Assembly: GCA_951406725.2 (NCBI GenBank)
Contig: OX597822.1
Location: 82,088,001-82,152,000 of the forward strand
DNA: 64,000 nt
Direction: 5' to 3'
From: Octopus vulgaris
Taxonomy: Eukaryota
The position numbers were made by a program, and so were the translations under genes. Below, one piece after another: positions 1 to 12,135 of the stretch; position 1 is the stretch's first letter, and each line of letters begins with the position of its first letter. Under the pieces are notes generated by a model, which saw only the letters and a list, made by a program, of their open reading frames with translations, was not told the DNA's origin and did no database searches.

Positions 1-469
1 ATATATATATATATAGTGTGTGTGTATCGTTGTATAGACATTACAGTGTCATACAAGTGAGAATGTTTATTTCCAGTCTTCCATGAAAAACATGTCTAGG
101 TGTTGGAGAAACATTACCCTACTTGGTAAACAGCTGAGGATTGGTGACAGGAAGGGTGTTTGGCCTCCAGAAAACCTGTCTCAAGGAATTCCATCTGACC
201 CATGCATGTATGAAAAAGTGGACGTTAAACGATGATGATGAATGGAGAGTGGGTAATATAGTCAAAATTTGTCATCTGGAGTTACAATGGTAGACATGGG
301 AACTTTGTTGTTGTCTTGTATTTTCTGTGTACGGTTTGGGAGTAATGCGGTGGTGGTGGGGGTGTAACGGTTTGAATCTTTGCTGTGATTTGGAGAGGCC
401 CTGGTTGTGGGGGTTGAGTGAGAGCCTCTATATGGGCATTTGATATGTAAAAATAATTGTCTCCTCATC

Positions 470-625
470 CACTACACTCTCGAAGTGGTTGGTGTTAGGA
501 AGGGCATCCAGCAGTAGAAACATTGCCAAATCAGACTGGAGCTTGGTGCAGCCTTCTGGCTTGCTAGACCTCAGTCAAACCGTCCAACTCATGCCGTCAT
601 GGAAAATGGACATTAAATGATGAAT
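470..625 (+). mobile_element. 5'-truncated RTE LINE 3' UTR copy (one of ~10)
   Basis: GTTGGTGTTAGGAAGGGCATCCAGC ... CATGGAAAATGGACATTAAA(TGA)n. The same block lies 3' of the RTE ORF at 2845-3150 (-). It recurs at ~8920-9110, 22326-22560, 34785-34985, 35845-36180, 36800-37150, 44640-44890, 52015-52445, 52560-52830 and 62135-62260. Confidence 0.75.
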
Positions 626-802
626 AATAATAATAATAATAGTTACAGCCTATGTCTCACTGCCATGAATCACAGCTGTTTGTACACATGCTTCATACTA
701 TCTGCCTCTGAGTGGCCCTTTGTTATCAACAAGGGCAGCAGTTCTCTGTACTTAACCTAGCCCTTTCAAATTCTAGCAGCTACTCTTTTGGAATTACCTC
801 CT

Positions 803-960
803 CCCCGTCACTTAGCGGTTCGGCAAAAGAGACCGATAGAATAAGGACTGGGCTTACAAAAGAATAAGTCCCGGGGTCGAGCTGCTCGATTAAAGGCGGT
901 GCTCCAGCATGGCCGCAGTCAAATGACTGAAACAAGTAAAAGAGAAAGAGAAAGAGAATC
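803..960 (+). mobile_element. 3' half of CORE-type tRNA SINE (family A)
   Basis: Matches the tail of the full copy at 41115-41517 (CTTAGCGGTTCGGCAAAAGAGACCGATAGAATAAG ... CAGTCAAATGACTGAAAC). Confidence 0.85.
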
Positions 961-1175
961 CTTTCTACTAAAGGCACAAGGCCTGAAATTTGGGAGGCAA
1001 GGGATTAGTTGATTACACTGAACCCAATGTTTTACTGGTACTTAATTTATTGGACCCCAAAAGGAGGAAAGACAAAGTCGACTTCAGTGGAATTTGAACT
1101 CAGAATGTAGCAATGGGTGAAATAGTGAACATTTTGCCCGGTGAGCTAATGATTCTGTCAGCTCACCACATTGAA
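960..1175 (-). mobile_element. Meta-domain tRNA SINE (family B)
   Basis: Reverse complement matches the head and central part of 21016-21250. Confidence 0.8.
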
Positions 1176-1179
1176 AATA

Positions 1180-1770
1180 ATAATAATGATGATGATGATC
1201 CTATTGTATACAGTGCCCAGATGCAATACAACTCATCAGAAAAAGTACCCAAAAGTGTGTGAATAAGACACAAGAAGTGACCAGTAAATGAGTTGTTAAA
1301 AAAAAAGTGGAGTGATGTCAGGTGTACTGTTGGCAAATTTCAGGAAGCATGGGAGTTTTGAAGGATGCATGTGATAGAATCGGTTTTCTGAGCATCTGTG
1401 GTACTTATTGCCCCTGTGCATCTTCCACACACAAAAGCTATCTTCCTGGTTAACCTTTCTTTGATGTTGCTGCACCTCATGCATCCATAGCTTACACTGG
1501 ATACATCTTATGGAGTTTCTACCTTCACCTTTTCTACAGATCGAGCAGGGCCATCTACCCGGAGGGGTTTGTGATGTGTTTGCCTTGTGCAGTGTCCCAA
1601 TAATTAACAACTGATGCTGGTAGTTTATTCCATGCTTCAACAATTCTGAGTTTGAAAAAATGGTTCTGAAAGTCATGGGTGTTGTGCTGTTTTTTCTTTG
1701 TTTTGGGGTTTTTTTTTTTCATTTTGTAAGCATTTCGACAGGTGTTAGATCTGGAATTCACAAAAAAAAA
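1180..1770 (-). mobile_element. CR1-clade LINE 3' end interrupted by an RTE internal fragment (1371-1586)
   Basis: Minus-strand translation HFFKLRIVEAWNKLPASVV is a typical CR1 ORF2 C-terminus. The same tail recurs at 22020-22200 and 41050-41690. The insert encodes PCSICRKGEGRNSIRCIQC. Confidence 0.75.
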
Positions 1771-1978
1771 GTGGGGGTGGCAAAGTTTCCTCAAATATTA
1801 CTCTGACATCTTAAACATTGTTAAATATACAATGACTGAACAGAAGAGAAAATTAGATTGTCACAGTTTGAATGTTGATTGAATGACAGGTTTTTGTTAC
1901 ACCTCAGTGAAGCAACTCAATGAAAGTTAAGTACTTTGGCCATGGGTGTGACACACTTATCACTGACATCTGTTTAAG

Positions 1979-4900
1979 GTCATCAAGCTATACACAGCTT
2001 TATTAACTCAACCAGCTGCAAACTCAAATATAAATGAATATGTAAGTTTACAAATAAGTATACATCACTAAATCAATTACAGTGAAGAAGACACATGTTA
2101 GCCATTCAAAAACACACAAAAACTGTAAAATTTACTTAAACATTTATTCATAAATATATTAATACTAGCTTAAGGTGACCTGCTCTATGCGTGGGTGAGG
2201 TTGTGGTTGTTACTTTCTATATCTTATCGCCACTAAGTGTGTGTGTGTGTGTATGCATTATATATACAAAGGTATACAACTTATATATATATATATATAA
2301 GTATATATATATATATATATACACTTTGTATATATACATTATATATAGAACACACACACATATAGATTAACCCAATAAATATCTGATTCATAATATTTGT
2401 TCTCATGATTGTGTGGTGGTGGTGGTGATAATAAAACTCTCTATGGATGCAGACAGACGTACAGAGAGAGATGGGGGAGGCGGTGGAAGAAAGATGACAG
2501 TGCTGGCGAAGGCGGCGGGGGAAAGATAGTAGTAGCTGTCAAACGCCGTTATAGAGAGAAAGTGACAGGAAGGGAGGAAAGAGAGAGAGAGAGAGGGAGG
2601 AAGAAAGGCAGATAAGAGAATGAGAGGAGACTTGTCAAAGTGTGCGTTTTTTGCCCTAGTAACCGCACCTTTTAAGATAGGGATTTCTAACCTAGCCCTC
2701 TGACATCCTCACCTTATTTTATATGTCCCTGTAAATTTTGGAGCGAATCCGCCGGGATCTAGTGCCCTTTAACCCGTTCCAATGCCAAAACCAGACAAAC
2801 AAACTTTTCGCATTTCAGAATTATATTATAGAGATATCACTATCATCATCATTGTCATCATCGTCATTTAGTGTCTGTTCTCCATGGGACGGATGGTTTG
2901 ACACAGCTGGCCAGCCAGAGGGCTGTGCCAGGCTCCATTTGTCTGTTTTGCTATGGTTTCTATGGCTGGATGCCCTTCCTAATGCCAACTACTTTACAGA
3001 GTTCACTCGGAACATTTTCTGTAGCACCAGCATGGCACTGGCATTTTTATATGAAACCAGCATGGGTGCTTTTACATGGCACCAGCACCTACAAGACTAG
3101 GATCTCTCAGCTGAGAGACGGACATAGAGGACATTCCTCTATGTATGGATGGCCATGGTTTTACTTAGTTTGACAGGTTTTCTCAAGCACAGCAAACCAC
3201 CAGAAGTTTTGGTCCCTTGTCATTTCCTCAGTGAGGCCCAACATCTGAAGATCCCTTCTCACCACTTCACCCCACGTCTTCCTGGGTCTACCCCCTTCTA
3301 CACATTCCTCCACAGTTAGAGATCAGCACTTCTCAATGCAGCTGTCCTCATCCATACACATCACATGACCAAACCAGCACAGTCTTCTCTCCTGCACACA
3401 ACATCTGATGCCACTTATACCCAGTTTTCCTCTTAAATCATTTACACTCAGTCATATGTGCACACTGACATTATCCATCAAGTGGGGCATGCTGGCTTCA
3501 TTCCTTTCAAGCCTTCACAAGTCCTTTGTAGTTACAGCCTATGTCTCACTGCCATGAAGCACAGCTGTTTGTACACATGCTTCATACAATCTGCCTCTGA
3601 GTGGCCCTTCGTTACCAACAAAGGCAGCAGCTCTCTGCACTTAGCCTAGCCCTTTCATATTCTAGCAGCTACTCTTTTGGAATTACCTCCTCCACGGCTA
3701 TCTTGGTCACCTAAGTAATGGAAACTATGTACCACTTCTAAGGATTCCCTCGGACATTTTAGGGAATCTATTTTCTGTACATTTCTAGTGTTTAATATAC
3801 CTGCACATCAGCCACATGTAAAGACTACTTTCTCTGTAAACCTTCCTGTGATACTGCTGCACCACTTGTGTGTCCATAAGTTGCACTGGACACCTTTTCT
3901 ACAAATCAAGCAGGGCCATCTCCCTGAAGGGGTCAGTGATTTGTCTGTTTTCCTACTTACTAAGGATTTTGGACTTTATGATATAATATAATAAAAAGAA
4001 AAGGAAAAAATTGTTAAGTGAAGTTCACTGTTTTTGTGTGTCTTTGAATGGCTTATGTATGCCTTCCACACTAATTGTTTTAGTTTCGACAGAGTATCAG
4101 ACAAAATCACTTGCCAGGTAAATACATCTCTAAATAATAAATAAATACAAATAACAAAATAAAAGAAAAAAGAAAGGACCACACATCTTTCTGGTATTAC
4201 TTTGGTCTCTCATTGTATCAGATTTCAACACAAAATACAGTAATAAGAGACTTCCTTTCTTACGTGACATCATATTGTATCGAAAGCTCAGGTTAATTTC
4301 ACCTTTGCACAACAAAAGCTAACTGAACAACAATCTTTAAATGGATACTTGATCTGCTAGATATATCAGCCAATAATCCTTTAAATTACTCCTGAATTTT
4401 TCAAAAATAGTAAAAAGCGATCATTTGATAATGTACTCCTAGGTTTACAGTATCTGAAAATAAAACACCAGGATGATCACAGATAGAATGGCTTTTAATC
4501 AAAGGTTCAGTCAATCAGCATTCACCTGGGTTTAGACTATAACCAATATATTTAAATGATGTATTAATTACGTACTTGTTATTCGATATGCTCAAATACA
4601 AAGTGATATATTTCGTGTGAGGAGGTGGAGAACCTCAAGTATTCACTTTTTAAAAAACCTTAGTCACAATTTATGTTCCTAACACTAGCTGAATGATAAC
4701 CAAGTTATTTTACTAAATTCTTTGTTGTATTTAAAATTAATTGAAAGATAACACAGAGCATCTCAACAGAAATATGGTAACAAAAGGGTTAAAATATATA
4801 ATAGAGAAACAATTCTTAACCCTTTCGTTACCAACGCACCTGAAACTGGCTTTGGCTCTGAGTACAAATGTCTTATTTTCATAAGTTTTGAATGAAAATC

Positions 4901-5978
4901 TTCCACTAAACCTTAGTCACAATTTATGTTCCTAACACTAGCTGAATGATAACCAAGTTATTTTACTAAATTCTTTGTTATATTTAAAATTAACTGAAAG
5001 AAACACAAAGCATCTCAACAGAAATACAATAACGAATGGGTTACATGATGTATTAAATACGTACTTGTTACTTGATATGCTTAAATACAAAGTGATATGT
5101 TTCTTCGGGTGGAAAGGGAGGAACCTCAAGTATTCACTTTTTAAATCCACTTTTATTTTATCACTGAACTATTGTAATCTGTGTCTCTTTATTTACAGTT
5201 AAGTCAGAGTTGAAAGAAAAGGGTTGGGTAGCACAACACTCTTTAGAATTTAAACTGATGATAACCGGCCAAAATATTCTGTTTTATATTGAAACCAGCC
5301 AGATCCATCCTCTTACACCCATCCTTCATTGTCATTCTAAAAATATGCAATCACATTATCAAAATTTCAAAGCCAGAAATGTAATACAAGATTAATAGTA
5401 AACAATGTGAATAAATAAGTAGAGCATTTGACAGAGTAATCTGAATGCTAAAAGGTTCAACATGTGGTCTTTATTTATTACAGTATGTGCCCTGGTCTTT
5501 AGAATAGGTTCACTATGACCCTGTGTGCCTTAAGAAGCAACTAAAAGGGTTAACATCAGTATCTGTCCAAAAAAACATTATCTAAAAAAGGGTCGTAGGA
5601 TGAGTATGTTTACTGCCTTGTACCCTGCATAGCCAAATTCATATTTAGCAGGGACACTGGCCTTAAGAAATTTGTTTAATTGCTGTATGTGTTCTCTGTT
5701 TAATTGGAGTTTTATTATTTTGATATCAAACCTGTCTCCCCCCACTCACTCTCTCTTTTACTTGTTTCAGTCATTAGACTGTGTGGCCATGCTGCGGCAC
5801 CACCTTGTAGAATTTTCTAGTTGAATGAATCAACCTCAGTGTTTATTTTTCTTTCTCAGGCCTGCTACATATTTTATCAGTGTTTTTGATAAATTGCTAA
5901 GTAATGGGGACATGAACACACCAGCACCAGTCACCAAGCATTGATGAGGGACAAGTACAGACACAAAGAAACATACAT

Positions 5979-6029
<51 letters not shown>

Positions 6030-8712
6030 TCTGGTGGTGTGGGTTATGGCCTAGTTACCCATATTGTAAACCAGGTAGTCACAAAGGAGTCATACCCACT
6101 GACTGGCATAGCAGTACCATAGTCAACTGCTACAAAGGTAAAGGTGATACTTTAGACAGAAATAACTACAGGGTATCAAACTGCTGGATCAGGAGATGAA
6201 GGTCACGGAGAGGGTCGTAGCCCAACTAATTAGGGAGAGAGTCTGCTTAGATGAGATGCAGTTCGGTTTTGAGCCAGGTAGAAGCATCACTGATGCTATA
6301 TTCCTGGCATGGCAACTGCAGGAAAAATACCTAGCCAAAGATAAACCCCTATATTTGGCTTTTATTGACTTGGAGAATGCCTTTGACAGGAGCCCCCGAT
6401 CCCTTATCTGATGGGCGATGCAGAAACTGAGGATTGACGAGCAGTTAATAAGAGCTGTACTGGCCCTGTACAGGGATGTCGTTAGTAAGGTAAGCGTCAG
6501 CAATGAGTATAATGAAGAATTCTGGGTAGAAGTAGGGGTTCACCAAGGATCAGCCCTCAGTCCCCTCTTATTCGTCATAGCCTTCCAAACAATAACAGAG
6601 GAATTCAAGACAGGTTGCCCCTGGGAGCTTCTCTATGCTGATAACCTTGCTCTCATAGCGGAATCACTACCAGAACTATTTCAGGTGTGGAAGCAAGGTT
6701 TAGAATCGAAGGGCCTTGGAGACAATGTTGCAAAAACCAAAGTCCTAGTAAGTATGAAGGCAAGCACATTACAAACCCCTTCAGGTAGGTGGCCCTGCTC
6801 GATCTGTAGGAAAGGTGAAGGTAGAAACACCATAAGATGTACCCAGTGTTCAAAGGAAGGTTAACCAGGAAGATAGCTTTTATATGTGGCAGATGCACAG
6901 GAGCAATAAACATTGCAGATGCTCAGAAAACTGATTCTATCACATACCAGGGGAAGAAACTAGAAGTAGTTGATAGCTTCCACTACCTAGGTAACCAAGT
7001 CTGTAGTGATGGTGGATGCTCAGAGAGCATTGCCACTAGAATAAGAATAGCCTGGGCAAAGTTCAGAAAGCTCCGACCTATACTGGTGACAAAGGGCCTC
7101 TTGCTCAGAGTGAAAGGCAGATTGTATGATGCATGTGCGCGAACTGCCATGCTACATGGCATTGAAACGTGGCCCATGACTGCTGAAGACATGTGTAGGC
7201 TTGAAAGAAATGAATGTGTAATGTTAATGTACACACACGACAGATTGTAAGTGCCCAGAGAGAAATGTTGGACATAAGAAGCATCAGGTGTGGTGTGCAA
7301 GAGAGATGACTGTGCTGGTATGGTCATGTGCTGCATATGGATGAGGAGAACTGTGTGAAGAAGTGTCACTCCCTAACAGTGGAAGGAACCCATGGAAGAG
7401 AGTGACCTAGGAAGACATGGAATGAGGTGGTGAATCATGACCAAGTCATATACATTATTATTATTGGAAAAAATTCTAAGTCTTACAACTGTTTCTGGGA
7501 TATTCCCTAGTATGGATACTGCATCATCAGAGACAAATAAGGAAAAATAGGGAAAATGAGAATGGTATATATTAATGAGATGACGACATAGAGAAAGGGA
7601 GTAAAAGAATAACGAGATGGAGAGAAAGAAGTAAAAAAGCATAAATTTCATAGTTCAACTTTCTGATGTTGCAGAAACAAGACCATAAATCCTTAGGTGC
7701 AATCCAGGCTTCTTTCAGTTTCCATCTACCAAATCCACTTGCAAGGCTTTGGTTGGCCCAAGGCTATAGTAGGAAACATTTGTGCAAGGCATCACACAGT
7801 GGGACCAAACCTTATGGTTGGGAAGCAAACTTCTTATCACAGACACATGTCTGCACCTATACCTAAGGCTGTCAACCCATAAAGTAAAGTATATATATCA
7901 TCATCATTGTTTGACCGTGGTTGAGACAATGGAATTTACTATGCTACACCAGACTTCATGGTCCATCATAGCATTACGGAGGTCCTGTTGCTGGATGCCT
8001 GTATCCCTGGAGATTGCATCAGTGTAGGAGAATGTGTGCCTTCTGGTATTGCGAGTAGATGGCTTCCAGAGGAGAAGAGTAGAAATTGCCTCGTTTTCAG
8101 CTCTACAACAATGTCCAACAAACTGGACTCTTCTACCTTTCACAAGAGATGATACAGGTGGTAGTTTCCTATATATTTGTACTTTGGTTGGATAACACTT
8201 CCACGAGAGATTTTGAGCTCTCATAAGGAGGCGAGTGTAAGTTCCATCATATATCTCCAGACTATGCTATAGGGGTAGCTACATAGGTCATGTCTACGAA
8301 GACTAAAATTATAAATAATATTTATAAATTATAATAATGTTTTCTCATTCATTATAGAAATGCTAGTTTAATGGCTACATGTCAGTTGCTTTTAAATTCA
8401 GCATAAATACAGGTGTATATTAACGTATATATAGATATATTACATAAATGTTGATGATAATGAAAATAATGGTTATTGCACACACATGTGATGAGTTCAG
8501 CTTCCTTAATACATAAAACATAGTTGTAATGAAGAGAGAAATTTAATTGCTTCCATTAAACATCATAACAGAGTAAATGTGTACATATGCATATGTTGCA
8601 TTGCATGTGTATTTATATGTGTAAATACAATTCGTTGCTGTTATGCAAAAGTGTCGTAAGTCTAAAATGTTGCTTTTTTCAGAAAACGAAGAATAGATTC
8701 ACCATGTTTTAG
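1979..8712 (+). CDS. Candidate chain of short host exons: 1979-2041, 4084-4117, 5199-5222, 8683-(stop 8696)
   Basis: AG/GT-bounded unique segments (donors gtaagt, gtaaat, gttggg, gtatgt) join in phase to VIKLYTALLTQPAANSNINEYFRQSIRQNHLPVKSELKEKENEE*. No homology recognised; other joins are possible. Confidence 0.25.
2165..2834 (-). mobile_element. Non-autonomous Helitron
   Basis: On the minus strand it starts A|TCTCTATAATATAATT..GTTTGTTTGTC and ends with a GC-rich hairpin (CCCACGC..GCAGGT) then CTAG|T: canonical TC..CTAG ends in an AT target. Confidence 0.7.
2845..3975 (-). mobile_element. Degenerate RTE LINE 3' portion (PHD region to 3' UTR)
   Basis: Homologous to 6750-7440, then runs into the 3' UTR block with a (GAT)n-type tail. 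Confidence 0.85.
4820..5040 (+). mobile_element. piggyBac-like MITE (partial second copy at 4656-4788)
   Basis: TTAA|CCCTTTCGTTA ... TAACGAATGGG|TTAC termini. The 3' part is duplicated upstream, ending GGTAACAAAAGGG|TTAA. Confidence 0.7.
5234..5460 (+). mobile_element. Degenerate piggyBac-like MITE
   Basis: Decayed terminal inverted repeats CTCTTTAGAATT ... AATGCTAAAAGG. Confidence 0.45.
6030..7445 (+). mobile_element. RTE LINE reverse transcriptase pseudogene with PHD-like finger
   Basis: ORFs give NYxGIKLL, MQFGFEPGRSITDAIF, FIDLENAFDR, VGVHQGSALSPLLF, LLYADNL, FHYLG and GRPRKTW-like motifs, broken by stops and frameshifts. Confidence 0.95.
7480..7534 (-). ncRNA. Minimal type I hammerhead ribozyme motif (Penelope pLTR-type)
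   Basis: Minus strand GTCT-CTGATGA-[stem II, decayed]-GAAA-CAGTTG-TA-AGAC: stem I GUCU/AGAC, near-palindromic stem III, GUA cleavage triplet. Confidence 0.7.
7900..8250 (-). mobile_element. RTE-clade LINE 3' fragment
   Basis: ORF 7904-8224 (LPPVSSLVKGRRVQFVGHCCR..LLLWKP) resembles an RTE ORF C-terminus and ends in a (TGA)n tail. Confidence 0.8.
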
Positions 8713-9384
8713 GTATGTATGTTGAGGAAAACTGCTTTGCAACCTAATTTGGTTCCAAGTTTGTTCCTAATGTTTGGCACTTTGGGTAACTTCTTCAACC
8801 AGAGTCTTTTGTGGATTGAGATTTTGTGAGTGAAATTTGATGTTGTAGCCCCAGCCCTTGTGAATGAATTTGGTAGGTGGAAACTGAAAGTAGCCTCTCG
8901 TGTGTGTGTGTGTGTGTGTATAAAAGCACCTAGTACATTCTGTAAAGTGATTGGTGTTAGTAAGGGCATCCAGCTTTATAAGCTATGTAAAGCTGACACT
9001 AGAGCTCAATGTGGCCCAGTAGCTCAGCAGATTCTTTAAGCCAACCAATCCACCCACCCACTCATGCCAGTATGGAAAATGGAGTTTAAATCATGATGAT
9101 GATGATGATATGTATGTGTGTTTATGTTCCCCATAACTTAGTGGTTTGTCCATCTATGTGTGTTGCAATCTTTTTAATATTTCTGTAGCTACACACCATT
9201 CTTGAACTATAATAAAATTCTTTGATGGTTTGTCAATTTGTCTAACTTCATTAACGAGGAAAAGAAGAAATTAAATAAGACTAATTATCGCCAACAAAAC
9301 CTGTTTTTACTCAGTGTCTTTGAACAACAAGATATTTAAAATTCTTCTGTCAAACGTCGTTTAGCCACAACACGGCTCTATTTA

Positions 9385-9560
9385 TGCAGACATCTGATTA
9401 AAGACACTCCAGCTGTGACCATGCTGCTTTTCATTTTCTTCTTCTCGCCATTGTGTACCCTCAGTGTACATAGTTGTGTGGGTCCATTATTTTCAAGACA
9501 GTAGGGTGTATTTTTGGTTGATGTAAATAACGGGTTGAACACTTATAAAAGGGTTCCTGT
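9385..9560 (+). repeat. Old unclassified interspersed repeat (family E)
   Basis: Motifs TCCAGCTGTGACCAT and GATTTGGCTGCTATTTCTA recur at ~4345-4530(-), 10820-11020(-), 15540-15710, 33960-34115, 40840-41030 and 53215-53405. Confidence 0.6.
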
Positions 9561-11399
9561 GTTGCTTCAAAAGAAGTTGATTTGAAAGATAAGATGAAAT
9601 TTAGGTAAAATAAACATCAGAGACAGTTTGCTCCATGCACAAACTGCAGAAGCTGTTCAAAGATGTTGCAAGCTTTTCTCCTTGTGGTGGATAAAGATCA
9701 TGGCAATTTTAGAAATTCTTCAATAGAATCAACAGGTGTCTCACCCCTTAGCCTTGTGTGCTTCACCAAGGTGGGGCAATGAAAAATTAATTAGCCTTCA
9801 TCTACAAAAGAGTTTCATCTGTGGTTTCTTGTCGACCACAACCACAACGAGCTGGTTTTAGTAGCCATTCCCATCCCCTTGGTAGATTTCTTCAGTCTTT
9901 AGGTTCCAAACTGAACTTCTACAACAAACAACACATTAATCCTGCTGCAAAACCACGACAACCAACTTCAAATGGGAGTGCCCCCGCCCCACACACCCTC
10001 TCCATGCATCATCCTTTGTTGAAAACCACCTCAAATAGTTCTGCCATTTTGGTTTTCTGTTGTAGAAGAGTTAGTTGTGACTATTAACAATTCTACAAGT
10101 ACAATGTGCATTTGATCTGGGAAATACTAAAAGAGGTTCTGCTTTTTTGATCTTTTTGTTTGCTTTTCCTGCAAACGCTTCCATTTAATTCTCTTTTCTC
10201 GGAATTGAAATCCAATACTGACCAATAATAGCATCAAACAAAGGGATGATGGGAAAATATTGCAAAACCAAAACAACAACAACAACAACAACAATAAATA
10301 AATAAATAAATAAATGAATGAATAAAAAATCAGGAAAATCAGACATTTGATCTTTTCCTTTTTCTATTTTTGTCAACCCATCTTTTTGTAGGTTAATGAG
10401 AGAAGAAAGACATTGGAGTGATTGTCAGACTAAATGGGAAAGTACATATCTAATGTGAACTCGCCACCTCTGCACCTAGACATTTAAAATAACATTTAAC
10501 AAGATAAAATTAAACAAAACAACGATTACTTAGAAGGAGAGAAAAAAGAAAAATACTAAAACACCCAAACAACAACAGCAACAAGAACAACAACAATGAA
10601 CAGCTTGTTTGAGAAACTTGATGCGAGCTGACCCTGCCCAAATATTTATCGAAAGAGAAATATAAACGTTGGTGTTCTTTGTGCTTAGAACATTTCAAGG
10701 TTCCAACCTGCATGAGAAAGAACAATGATGGAACTGTATGAAATGCCTAATGGAAAATTAAATGTAAACAACAGATTTTCTAAGATGAGAAATCTACTTC
10801 TAACAAGTGGGTGGGTGGGTGGATGGGGCCTTCTATATTATGCTCTGACCTGCTAGAAATAGAAACTAAATGTCATTCAAATCACACTATGCTCTTTTAA
10901 ATAAAGAAGTATGCTATGTAAAGGTTTAGTAGTCCTTCATAAACATAAAAACAGGATGGTCACAGCTGTTATTGGTGCTTTTAAATATAGGTCTGCTAGT
11001 TCAAGCCTAACCAGGAACAAAACAACAACAACAACAGCTACAAATGCTTTCTAATTTTTTTTTCCCCCTATAATTTTTATATTTGGAAACATAAGCTGAA
11101 ACTGGAAGAGCAGGAAGAGATTTCTGAAATCAGAATTAAAACTCAAATCAAAATTGAAGATTTAAATCAATCCTGGCTTCTTTGATTTTCACAAATTGCT
11201 CTTCAACCCCAAATTTTAGCTTTTTAAAATTCTTTTCTTTCTTAATTAAAGTTTGAAATTCGATTGAAATTCATTTTAATATAACAAACAAAAACTCAAT
11301 GAGAATTCAGTGGGAAATGGAAGAAGAAGAGCAACAACAAAAGAAATAAAAATAAAAGTAAAGTTTGGATCAAAATTCCTCAAAACAGGAAATAATAAT

Positions 11400-11615
11400 G
11401 GTTTTAAATTTTGGCACAAGGCCAGCAATTTCAGGAGAGGTAGTGGGGCTAGTCAATGACATCACTCCTATTACTTAACTGGTCCTTATTTTATTGACCC
11501 CCAAAAGGAGGAAAAGCAAAGCTGACCTCAGTGGAATTTGAACTCAGAACATAAAGATGAAATGCAGCCAAGCATTTTGGTCAGCATGCTAATGGTTCTG
11601 CCAACTTGCTACCTT
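11400..11615 (-). mobile_element. Meta-domain tRNA SINE (family B)
   Basis: Reverse complement similar to 30395-30605. Confidence 0.8.
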
Positions 11616-11819
11616 CAAACAGAAAGTAATATCTTCACCATCACTATGCATCTTTTCATAGTTAAAACCCTTTCTTTCTGACTCTCTTCTCTAAATGTAA
11701 ACAAATAATTCATCCACAACAGGGCTGGGAGAAACTCCACCTACAGGTGCAACTGTGCCTGTGAGCCCATTTTATTACACCCACAGGCTGGTATACTTCT
11801 ATGTACAAAATTTAGTACA

Positions 11820-12135
11820 TAGAAGCACCACCTTGAGGAATTTTGGTTGAACAAATCGATCCCTGTACTTATATTTGTTTTTTAGTCTGATGCTTACTTT
11901 ATCAGTTTCTTTTGCTGAACTGCTAAGTTATGGGGATGCAAACAAACCAGCATTGGTTGTCACGTGGTGGTGGGGAACAAACACTGACACAAAGACATAC
12001 ACATAGATATATACATATAAATAGGACAGGCTTCTTTCAGTTTCCATCTAGTAAATCCATTGATAAGGCTTTGGTCAGCCTGAGGCTATTGTAGAAGACA
12101 CTTGCCCAAGGTTCCACACAGTGGGACTGAACCTG
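11820..12135 (-). mobile_element. CORE-type tRNA SINE (family A), 5'-truncated
   Basis: Reverse complement of the family A body. Confidence 0.85.

Noticed and set aside
5255-5300. CTGATGA...GAAAC hammerhead-like spacing
   Set aside because: No stem I or II pairing; lies inside a MITE.
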